From: Tubulanus polymorphus
Taxonomy: Eukaryota; Animalia; Nemertea
NCBI RefSeq assembly: GCF_964204645.1
Contig: NC_134033.1
Span: 7,448,655 to 7,512,654, forward strand
Direction: 5' to 3'
DNA length: 64,000 bases
Part shown: positions 10,055 through 19,212 of the stretch, piece by piece
Layout of the letters: each line of letters starts with the position of its first letter
Numbering within the stretch: the stretch's first letter is position 1
The notes under the pieces: generated by a model
The model's input: the letters and a program-made list of their open reading frames with translations, nothing else
The model's database searches: none
Told to the model about the DNA's origin: nothing
Translations under genes and position numbers: made by a program

Positions 10055-11302
10055 ATGAGTGGGAGTTATATAAGTCCTTCTAAGATTTCTAGAATATCTA
10101 ATGCTATTAAAGCAGAAAGATCACATCATATAATTACTCATAACCCTTCAAATATTAATCCCGATGAAACTTTATATGTTAGAATTCCTAGATTAACACA
10201 AAATACTTTTTATGTTCCAAACAGTATTTATTTATCAGCTGATATAAAAGTAATCGGTAATAATAATAATTATGTTGTTGATAATGTTGGAAGATATTTG
10301 ATTAAAAAGTTAACAATAAAGATTGGTCCAGAAACAGTTTTCTCATTAGATGATTATAATTTATTTATGCATTATAAAGATTTATGGTTAACTAAAGAAA
10401 ATAGAAATAATATGATATTTCAAGGCATCCAATCAGAAAACCAAAATAAATTAAGATCAGAAGCTAATAGCGCAATATTAACAAATGATGTAGATAAATT
10501 GATAAAAAGTATATATGGAAACAAATATAAAATTCCATTAGACTTTGAATTGATAAATAATAATGCACCTTTATATAAATACGCAATTCAAGAAGATATT
10601 ATATTTGAGATAACATTTGCTCCTGTAAATGAAATTGTATTATCTAGCGTTAATAAAGATATGAGTTATAAATTATCGAATATATGTTTAGAATATGATA
10701 CAGTAACTGATGAAAATATTGCTAGAACAATTCAAACTCAATACAATCAAGGATTTTCATTATTATATGATTATATTGATAAATTTAAAACTGTAACTAT
10801 TAATGCAAATGATGAAATAATAAATGAGAATATTAACTTCCCTAGAAGATCTATTAAAGGTATATTAATATTTTTTACTATTGGAACGTATACTAATGGC
10901 GCAATAAATGTTGATAATTATTATAATCCTGAAATAACAAAAGTAGAAATAACTATCGAAGGTATAGCGAATAAAATATTTTGTCAAGGAATGAGAATGA
11001 TAGATCAATGGGTAGAAATTAAAAAACATTTTATGAATGAAAAAGTAAAATCATTTGAAAATTGTAACATTAATCAAATTGATTATTATACCGGTAATAA
11101 ATATGCATTATGGTTAGATTTTAGAACAACAGAGGATAATTCATTACATGGTTCTGGAAAAAAACTACAAAACACTAAAGATGGAATACAATTATTCATG
11201 ACAAAGAAAAAGGGAATCAAAAATTTTAAAATGCACATTTATATTATATCTGACGCGCAATTAAATATTGTAAATTCACAATTAGATAGTGTTATGTATT
11301 AA
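10055..11302 (+). CDS. Major capsid protein (double jelly-roll)
   Basis: 415 aa, beta-rich; HNPSNINPDETLYVRIPRL...NVGRYLIKKL...LEYDTV...ALWLDFR; size and position fit a Polinton MCP; diverged copy at 35800-36290. Confidence 0.85.
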   Translation: MSGSYISPSKISRISNAIKAERSHHIITHNPSNINPDETLYVRIPRLTQNTFYVPNSIYLSADIKVIGNNNNYVVDNVGRYLIKKLTIKIGPETVFSLDDYNLFMHYKDLWLTKENRNNMIFQGIQSENQNKLRSEANSAILTNDVDKLIKSIYGNKYKIPLDFELINNNAPLYKYAIQEDIIFEITFAPVNEIVLSSVNKDMSYKLSNICLEYDTVTDENIARTIQTQYNQGFSLLYDYIDKFKTVTINANDEIINENINFPRRSIKGILIFFTIGTYTNGAINVDNYYNPEITKVEITIEGIANKIFCQGMRMIDQWVEIKKHFMNEKVKSFENCNINQIDYYTGNKYALWLDFRTTEDNSLHGSGKKLQNTKDGIQLFMTKKKGIKNFKMHIYIISDAQLNIVNSQLDSVMY

Positions 11303-11334
11303 AATTTTAACTTTAATAAAAATATATATAATAA

Positions 11335-12324
11335 ATGGAAGGAGGTAAAGTATATAAACATATTCCATACATCGATACACATGAAAATAATGATGGTTTA
11401 TATTATGTAATACCTTGTAATATAGCTTTGATATTCGATCCTATTTTTAAAAATTATAAAACTAAACTGATAGAAATCAATAATAATAAAAGTGGTGTTG
11501 TTAATAATAGTGTAATTGATAATAATGTAATACCTACTACACCTGTAATACCTACTACATCTGTAATACCTACTACTACATCTGTAATACCTTCTACATC
11601 TAATAACGTAATACCTTCTACATCTAATAACGTAATACCTACTACATCTGTAATACCTACTACATCTAATAACGTAATACCTTCTACATCTAATAATGCA
11701 ATAATATTAAATGTTAGTGAAAATAGAAATTATTGTGGTTATTGTAATGGTGAATTTTCAAACGCTCCATCAAATTGGAATAAACATATGAATACAAATT
11801 CACATATTACTAATGTTATAGAACGTGTTGGTTTAAGAGAATTTATAGAACACCCATTTAGATATGTTACAAAGTTTGTTTCAAATAAAAAAGTAAATGG
11901 TGAAAAAATATATGAAGATTTATTATTAGCAACACCTAATAAAGATGAATTAGATTTAACCGATGCTAATGAAATATTAGGATCAAACACTGTAAATGAA
12001 ATATTAGGAGCAAACACTAATAAAGATGATAATGAAAATGGTGCCATACACCCACATGATGATATAGTTACAGTTAAACATATTGATAATAAAGATTCTA
12101 TAAAACTTAAAGTAGAAAATAATGATAAATTTTATTGGATGAATAAGTTTAAAAATGAAACAACTATTGATGGTTTGGTAAAAAATGTTAAAAAGGTGAA
12201 AAAGGTGAAAAAGGTGAAAAAAAATTATAAAGATGTTGATGTAGATTCGGTAGAGCATTTAAATATGTTGTTAGCGCCTGATAGTGAAAGTGATTCAGAA
12301 AATGATTATCTAAAACTCGAATAA
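11335..12324 (+). CDS. 329-aa protein with VIP(T/S)TS(NN) repeats, one C2H2-like finger and KKV repeats
   Basis: About nine VIPxT repeats (11527-11700), CGYC...KHMNTNSH, acidic tail. Confidence 0.75.
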   Translation: MEGGKVYKHIPYIDTHENNDGLYYVIPCNIALIFDPIFKNYKTKLIEINNNKSGVVNNSVIDNNVIPTTPVIPTTSVIPTTTSVIPSTSNNVIPSTSNNVIPTTSVIPTTSNNVIPSTSNNAIILNVSENRNYCGYCNGEFSNAPSNWNKHMNTNSHITNVIERVGLREFIEHPFRYVTKFVSNKKVNGEKIYEDLLLATPNKDELDLTDANEILGSNTVNEILGANTNKDDNENGAIHPHDDIVTVKHIDNKDSIKLKVENNDKFYWMNKFKNETTIDGLVKNVKKVKKVKKVKKNYKDVDVDSVEHLNMLLAPDSESDSENDYLKLE

Positions 12325-12382
12325 TAAAGGTTGAAAATTGTATAAAATAATAGTAAATAAAAAAAGGGTTTTAATCATTTAA

Positions 12383-12498
12383 GGTATCTAATAGGGTATC
12401 AGGTATTAGGGTATCAGGTATTGGGGTATTAGGGTATCAGGTATTAGGGTATCAGGTATTAGGGGTATCAGGTATTAGGGTATCTAATACATAGGTAT
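12383..12498. repeat. G-rich 15-bp tandem repeat (TAGGGTATCAGGTAT) between the convergent gene blocks
   Basis: About six copies read directly. Confidence 0.9.
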
Positions 12499-12506
12499 AC
12501 AAATAG

Positions 12507-13118
12507 TTATTTTATAAATTTATATTCATATGGAAATTGTAATCTCATAAGTAATTTGGAACCTTTATTATTTTTTAATTTATTCATATATTCATCATGT
12601 AATTCAGGAGGTATAATTTGATTTTCTTCCAATGATTGTTGCATAGATTTTCTATCTTTGTTGTAGAATAAAACTAGAAATCTTATATTCTCCCTAAAGT
12701 CTTTAACAATTGAATTATATTTTTGATTTAAAACCCATGTTGTTATCCCAAAATGTCTACCAGAGAAAGCTAAATAACATAACTCACTTTCTCTAATTTT
12801 AGAATCATGTAAATTTGCGCAATCATCAATAATAAATAATGTATTTGATCCTTTATAAATATCTAATACAATTTTTATACAATTATCTAAATTTTCTTTT
12901 ACTGTTTTAGGGTCTAATATAATGAACTTTTTTATCTTAACTATATCTCTATTATATGTTTTATTCATTTCATATGTAGGACAGAATAATATTATATTAT
13001 CAAAATGATTTTTATAAATAGTTTCTAACAAGTCTAATATGAAATGTGTTTTACCACAATTTGTAACTCCAGTAACTAACATATTATGTGGTTCAAATAT
13101 AAATAAATCTTTATTCAT
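12507..13118 (-). CDS. A32/FtsK-like genome packaging ATPase
   Basis: Walker A GVTNCGKT, Walker B LFIIDD, GRH motif, LNQ, IR. Confidence 0.95.
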   Translation of the reverse strand: MNKDLFIFEPHNMLVTGVTNCGKTHFILDLLETIYKNHFDNIILFCPTYEMNKTYNRDIVKIKKFIILDPKTVKENLDNCIKIVLDIYKGSNTLFIIDDCANLHDSKIRESELCYLAFSGRHFGITTWVLNQKYNSIVKDFRENIRFLVLFYNKDRKSMQQSLEENQIIPPELHDEYMNKLKNNKGSKLLMRLQFPYEYKFIK

Positions 13119-14193
13119 TTATTCTTTTAATTTTACTAGATAAAATCCATTCATTAAATTTATCATCATATCCTTTATATTTCACCAAAGAATACTTTTT
13201 TCCTTTAAGAGTTTTTGTTTTCAATACTTTTTCTATTTTGTATTCTATTTCATCTGGATTTGGTACTAATGATAATTCTTGTTCATAAAAATAACCTAAT
13301 ATTTCTTCATCTTTTAAATCTTCTAATTTATAAACAAATGGTTTAGTTAATATTATCTTTTTAATTTTAAATATTTCTTCAGTAAAATTAGGGGTATAAC
13401 CTTTATAAAATGTTTTTCGATATTTAGAAATTCTAACGTGTTGTCCTATTTTAAATTTAGGTTCACCGAAATCATGTGTAACAAATGCTCCATATAAATT
13501 ATTCCAAACTATTTCCGAATTATCTTCTTTTCTAGCTTGTATGGGTTTCATATTTATAGAACTATGTTTAGAATTATTATAACCTTTCACTAAATCATCT
13601 AACACATCGATATATTTATATGTTTCATTAGCGGTGAAATATTTCCACGTTTTCAATGTTTTATTAAATCTTTCTATAACAGATGCTTTTTTATCTGAAT
13701 GTGTTGAAAAATATTCTACATCGTTATCAGTTAATAGTTTTTTAAAATGTTTGTTATAAAATTCTTTACCTTCATCAAATTGTATTTTATCTGGGATAGC
13801 TTCTTTAAATATAGATTTAAAAGCATTTGTAACTTCTATTCCAGTTTTATTTTTAATCGGGATACTCCATGCGTATCTACTGAATATATCTATAACATTC
13901 AGTATCCAGAAATATCCTTTGTTATATTCTTCTAAGTTTTTCATGTCAATTAAATCAGCTTGCCATTGTTGGTCAATATATGAAACCATAACTTTTCTTG
14001 TTAAATATTTTTTATCCATCTTTTTATGAATTTGATATGTGGGTTGATTTTGTAACCATGATTTTAATTCACTATATTTTATATCACTATTATCGGATTT
14101 AATTTTATTCCATAATTCTGAAACACTTGAATATGATACTTCACTTTCTGGGTTATAATATAACTCTCTTAAATATTGTTCTTTTTTCATCAT
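13111..14193 (-). CDS. Retroviral-like (rve) integrase with C-terminal chromodomain
   Basis: WQADLIDM, QFDEGKEF, VIERFNKTLK (DDE triad); YKIEKVLK...LVKYKGYDDKFNEWI chromodomain. Confidence 0.96.
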   Translation of the reverse strand: MMKKEQYLRELYYNPESEVSYSSVSELWNKIKSDNSDIKYSELKSWLQNQPTYQIHKKMDKKYLTRKVMVSYIDQQWQADLIDMKNLEEYNKGYFWILNVIDIFSRYAWSIPIKNKTGIEVTNAFKSIFKEAIPDKIQFDEGKEFYNKHFKKLLTDNDVEYFSTHSDKKASVIERFNKTLKTWKYFTANETYKYIDVLDDLVKGYNNSKHSSINMKPIQARKEDNSEIVWNNLYGAFVTHDFGEPKFKIGQHVRISKYRKTFYKGYTPNFTEEIFKIKKIILTKPFVYKLEDLKDEEILGYFYEQELSLVPNPDEIEYKIEKVLKTKTLKGKKYSLVKYKGYDDKFNEWILSSKIKRINE

Positions 14194-14196
14194 ATT

Positions 14197-14562
14197 TTAA
14201 TCCATTAATAATATTTCATATTTATTTTCATTTGATTTATTTTCTGGTATGATAGGTTTACTGTCTGTACACGGATAACTAAGTTTCCGATCATCTTTAT
14301 CATCAGATTTGAATTTTGATTTATATATTACACCGGATAATATAATAACTGTGATTAACCCAATTGTAATATATAAGTAATTATTTCTTCCACTATTAGA
14401 AGAATTAGATGGATTATTATTTGAATCAATACCATCAGATTCATTTATATCAGTTAATTTCTTTTTCTTAGCTTTTTTTAATTCTGAAGATCTTTTACCT
14501 AATTCTCTTGCCCATTTAATTTGTTTCTCGGATCTAGCCTTTTTCTTAACTCCATCACTCAT
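14197..14562 (-). CDS. Basic single-TM protein, 121 aa
   Basis: Lys-rich N-terminus, TM YLYITIGLITVIILSGVIY; TAAATG start. Confidence 0.75.
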   Translation of the reverse strand: MSDGVKKKARSEKQIKWARELGKRSSELKKAKKKKLTDINESDGIDSNNNPSNSSNSGRNNYLYITIGLITVIILSGVIYKSKFKSDDKDDRKLSYPCTDSKPIIPENKSNENKYEILLMD

Positions 14563-15157
14563 TTATTTTAGTTAATTTTTGTTCTGATTCATCTTCTGTT
14601 TCGACGTTTGGTTGTAGTACATCTGTTTCGTTCTTACCTGATTTATATTCCATAGGTTTGATGTTCGAAAATGTTATAACTCCAGTAGAAATCAATGTCA
14701 TAACCGATCCTAATTGAAATGAAGCATATCCAACCCATTTTTGTAATTCAGTCATAACTAAATAGTCATTTTTCAAATCATTATATAATTTATTTTCATC
14801 ATCAATTGGTATTAGCCGGTTACATAACTTAGAATAACATTTGATAATACCATCACTTATAGAGTCGTTTATTCTAGCTGATCTTGACTCTTCATAAATC
14901 TTAAAATATTTAATTACTTTAACGGGTTTCATAGAGTCTAGTTCTTGAAAAGTTATTATTTTTCCTAAGAAGTCCTTAGATTTCCCGCCAGCAATTAATA
15001 ATTCAAGATGATGCTTACAATATAAATAGTATTCATAATCTATATTGTTATTAACTTGAGCACAATTAGTTGCAACTGTATCTTTATTATCACTTATACC
15101 CAAATCATCTAATGTCTTTTCAATATCAATACTATTCTTATTAGATTTCTTTGACAT
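14555..15157 (-). CDS. Hypothetical protein, 200 aa
   Basis: Intact ORF preceded by TTTTTTTCTCTAATATAAATG. Confidence 0.8.
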   Translation of the reverse strand: MSKKSNKNSIDIEKTLDDLGISDNKDTVATNCAQVNNNIDYEYYLYCKHHLELLIAGGKSKDFLGKIITFQELDSMKPVKVIKYFKIYEESRSARINDSISDGIIKCYSKLCNRLIPIDDENKLYNDLKNDYLVMTELQKWVGYASFQLGSVMTLISTGVITFSNIKPMEYKSGKNETDVLQPNVETEDESEQKLTKINE

Positions 15158-15405
15158 TTATATTAGAGAAAAAAAGCAAAAAAAATATTATAAGTATTCT
15201 TCAAATGATACTAGCTAGTTAAAGCTAAAGAATTCTAGTATTGACTACTGATACTAGCTATTTGAATTTAAAGAATTTCTATTTGAATCTATTCAAAATA
15301 TAAAGTATTCTCATTTGAAAAGAAAATATTAAAAATATAATAGAATTCACTAGCTAGTTGAAGTTATTGTTTTTTTATTATATTTTATTTGAGATATATT
15401 ATTCT

Positions 15406-16074
15406 TTAACCACTCATTAAAGACTCAACGTATTGTTCATTATTTGGATTATTATTCCATTGATCAATAAATTTCTTTGCTTTTGTTAACTGTTCTAAAT
15501 ATAATTGTAAATCTAGTTTATTAGATTTGATTTGATTTTCTTTCTTTTCTAAAGGCCTTAGATTCTTCCAATTCCAAATAAGTTTTTTATTATATTCATC
15601 ATTCATGTTAAATTTAGATATTGGTAACACGTGATCAATGTGGTAATAATCCCCATAATTATCTATATTCATTTTATCATCGAATTGAAATATTATCCAT
15701 GATTTGAGAAATTCATCTGAACAACCCAACAAATTAGATAGTGTTTCTGAATGTGTTTCTTTGTTGAATAATTGTGTTATTCTAGTCCTTAAGCATTGTT
15801 TCAATCTAAAATTAAGATCTGTTTGATATCTTTCTCTCATATATTTTGTCATATAATAATTATAATGTTTTATATTATCTTCTCGATATTGTTTGGTGTA
15901 TAGTTTAGCACAAGTTTTACAACAATTTTGAAAACCATCTTTGCTAATCTTACGCTTACTAAATTCTGTTAAAGCTAATTTATCTAATTCACATTTAGAA
16001 CACTTCTTGTAGTATATGTTTATAACGCCAGTGTTATTTGTAATATTGATAGTTTGTGGTTGTTCTGGTTCCAT
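15406..16074 (-). CDS. Zinc-ribbon + HNH-type endonuclease (type common in large DNA viruses)
   Basis: CSKC...CKTC; LGCS...QF...M..DNYG..HIDHVLP...WNWKNLRPL...N..K.NK. Confidence 0.85.
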   Translation of the reverse strand: MEPEQPQTINITNNTGVINIYYKKCSKCELDKLALTEFSKRKISKDGFQNCCKTCAKLYTKQYREDNIKHYNYYMTKYMRERYQTDLNFRLKQCLRTRITQLFNKETHSETLSNLLGCSDEFLKSWIIFQFDDKMNIDNYGDYYHIDHVLPISKFNMNDEYNKKLIWNWKNLRPLEKKENQIKSNKLDLQLYLEQLTKAKKFIDQWNNNPNNEQYVESLMSG

Positions 16075-16215
16075 TTATTATACGTATTTTTTTACTAAAT
16101 TGGTTAATAATTTTAGAATCCTCTTCCATTTCTCCGACTAACGTCATCCTTTTTCATTCCTCGCTGTTTTTGATAAGTCAGTTTCGATTCCTTGATATCT
16201 AAATAATACCACTGG

Positions 16216-16735
16216 GCAAAAGCGCGCATTCATGCGCGCTTTTGCTTAATGCGCATGCGCTAATCATAATTATATATTCATTCTGTAAATTCTGTAAAAT
16301 AGAAACGACTGACATAAAATATCTAAACGTGTTCGCACTAAGCAAAACCGCTCTTATAGGAGCGTTTTTGATCAATGCGCATGCGCTAATCATAATTATA
16401 TATTCATTCTGTGAAATAGAAACAACTGAACATAGAAAATTCAAACGCATATGTACTAGGCAAAACCGCTCTTATAGGAGCGCTTTTGCTTAATGCGCAT
16501 GCGCTAATTATAATTATATTTACATAATGAATATATAATTATGTAAATAGAAACGACCGAACATAAAATATCAAAACGTGTTCGCATTAGGCAAAACCGC
16601 TCTTATAGGAGCGCTTTTGCTTAATGCGCATGCGCTAATTATAATTATATATTCATTCTGAATAGAAACGACCGAACATAAAAATTCATCAATCAGATTT
16701 ACACAATACATTATACAAGTTGTTCGGTCGTTTCT
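16216..16735. repeat. Four tandem ~118-131-bp units, each with a 30-bp palindrome and TGCGCATGCGC
   Basis: Palindromes start at 16216, 16342, 16460 and 16591; AGAAACGACCGAACA recurs inverted at about 16721. Confidence 0.92.
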
Positions 16736-17723
16736 TCCAATACATCATTTGATTTCTATAAATACAATTTATAATTACAAACATTTTTTCAATTGCTGGT
16801 AAATATTTAACTACATCAACAAAAGTTAAACTTAATCATTGGAGTCTTAATGTTTTTGAAATTCTTATATAGTTTCTTCGACGATCTTTTGGGCGATTCT
16901 TGTGTTTCTTGTGCTAATTTCTATTGGTTTGATATCCATTGCTGTTGATTCCTCAGTCAGAAAGAGTATCTTGAGTTTCTCTATCGCTTCTTGATGTGTA
17001 TGACGTTTTATTAACCTAAAAGATATTAGCGGTAACTCTAGCAATCTAAAAGATATTCTAAATACGCTTAAATATATCTAAAGGTTTCATATTTAATAGC
17101 TCTAATAACTACAACAAACAGTACTTACATTTAGATTTATAATTGTAAACTATAAACTCCTAATTTCGTTTCAAAAGATAGAATATCCTGAGCACAATAT
17201 TACAGCGTATATCCATTTCCGGGGCGATTTCTAGAATGACACGTCGTTGATTATGCCACGCCATCTAGTTCCGGTTCTAGAATATTCTACACGTTTCTAA
17301 TTATGACGTGTAATAATGTCTCGTCGTTATAGTAACAACTGTAACAGCTGTGAATTTATAGATTTATTCTATGGCTCTGTACATTGAATGTATATAGGCT
17401 CAAATAGAATCATGTTCTAGTATAAACATCTAGAACAAGCATGTTGAGACTTGTAAATTATGAGATTTGTGATTCGCTACGTTCGCTGTATACACAACGT
17501 GTTGAAGTTGAAAAAAACAATAATAAAAGCATTTAGATTAATGAAATTAATTAACTCTTTACAATTGAAATATAAGCTGGTAACATATGTTTACTAGAGC
17601 TAATACAACCAACTATATAGCTGAGTATTATCGGGTGTTTATAACGATTCAACATATTTTTCACCATGTGTTGAGTTCCTTAATTCGATAAATGTCTTTG
17701 CTTTAACCAACTGGACTAAAAAC

Positions 17724-17801
17724 AAATGTGTTATAGTTTTATTGTGTCTTGCTTTTTGAGACTTGTCTATATCGATATTACATGTTGGGCAGTAGTATTT
17801 A
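17724..17801 (-). repeat. Inverted exact copy of the polB 5' zinc-finger region (587-664): extended TIR lacking promoter and ATG
   Basis: 78-bp reverse-complement identity. Confidence 0.9.
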
Positions 17802-17804
17802 GGG

Positions 17805-18072
17805 AGTAATAGGGATAATGGGCTTTCAGGCTAAAGGTTGAACGGGCGGGTGAGTAAAAATGAAAAAACATAAAAATAATAACAATTTCTACTTGAATTA
17901 GGAGTGAAACTCATGAAAATGAAAAATAAATTCGAGCGTGTGAGAATTTATTTTTCATTTTTATGAGTTTTGCGAGTAATTCAAGTAGAAATTGTTATTA
18001 TTTTTATGTTTTTTCATTTTTACGAGCTCGACCGTTCGACCTTTGGCCTGAAAGCCCATTATCCCTATTACT
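17805..18072 (-). repeat. Right TIR / fold-back hairpin
   Basis: Reverse complement of 226-493. Confidence 0.97.
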
Positions 18073-19212
18073 TACGACAAATTGACGAAGAAACTTCATT
18101 TGACGGTATACAAACTCGCGGACAAACTCCCAAAATGAATCATGTCCTATTCACCTAGAATCAAACAAAATACAACTAAAAAATTCACAATACAGATTTC
18201 GCTTTCGAATCCTTCAAATAGCTGTTTACTTACATGAAACGAATCTATCCATATAATATCGTTCAGCTCACTGAGATCTACAGATAGCCCGCGTGTTTTT
18301 TCACGAATCATCGTTACAAAAGCGCTGTCGGGCCGTAAACATCGAAAATTTAGCCCCATTCAATGGGGCGACATGTTTTTCGAGTCGTCATCCCGAAATC
18401 AACCCGCAGGCCGACTGTCACTTCGATTATCAATTCAAGTATAAATGAACTAATTTATTGTCGCAGACTTCACATTCAGTCGCGGTCTTCAAACAGTGAT
18501 TTTAACAATAGCCCATTTTCCTCATCAAATCATATTACCGATACACTGGATATTTACTACTTTAGAGCACTGTCGAGCCGTAAACATCGACGAATCGACG
18601 TGTGTTACTACATCGACGTTCCGGGGATGAGCTGCGAGTTTCTCCTCATCATGAGAATCAAATCGAGTACAAATTAATTTATTACTACCAGTGATTTAGC
18701 TGCGGGTTTCAAGGAGTTAGTTTAACAATACCAATTTTTCTTTACCGAATTAACCGTGTATTTACTAAGATAAATCTTTAGTGTACCGGGGAATCGTAGG
18801 CCTAAACTAAACAGGCCGAAGAGATATGGCGGAGAAAAGCTGTTATGTCGACGAGGTATCAAAATAAAAGAATATATTACTTTATTCGGCCGCGGGCTTC
18901 AACCATTCATCAATACTCTATATTTCCTACAGTAAATACCGATCATTGTCAAATGCACAAGGTATTTACTAAATACAAGTATATAACACACTCCTATCCG
19001 TATGCTGGACTCACACTTGACATTCGGAGTAAGCGTTCGCTGTGGGGGGAAAGGAGATCGTTCGCTGTGTCGCTTGAAGTGTTTATCGAGTTTTACGCGA
19101 CCTTAAGGCTTTAGTATGGTGGCTGATAAGATAAAAAAACACGAATATGCAAATGAGGGCGACATTACGACAAAACGACAAAACTAAAATAACGCGAGAA
19201 AACAATGATTTT

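Larger units (their letters stand above)
226..18072 (+). mobile_element. Complete Polinton/Maverick (adintovirus-like) endogenous dsDNA virus, 17,847 bp
   Basis: Termini AGTAATAGGG...CCCTATTACT; 6-bp TSD TACGAC at 220-225 and 18073-18078; 268-bp TIRs; encodes pPolB, penton, MCP, A32-like ATPase and rve integrase; very AT-rich, densely packed and intronless. Confidence 0.97.

Noticed and set aside
12390-12485. Telomeric repeat
   Set aside because: TTAGGG occurs only inside a 15-bp unit, not as a tandem hexamer.
16216-16700. CRISPR-like array (30-bp palindromic repeats at regular spacing)
   Set aside because: The intervening sequences are homologous to each other and about 90-100 bp long; no cas genes; eukaryotic context.
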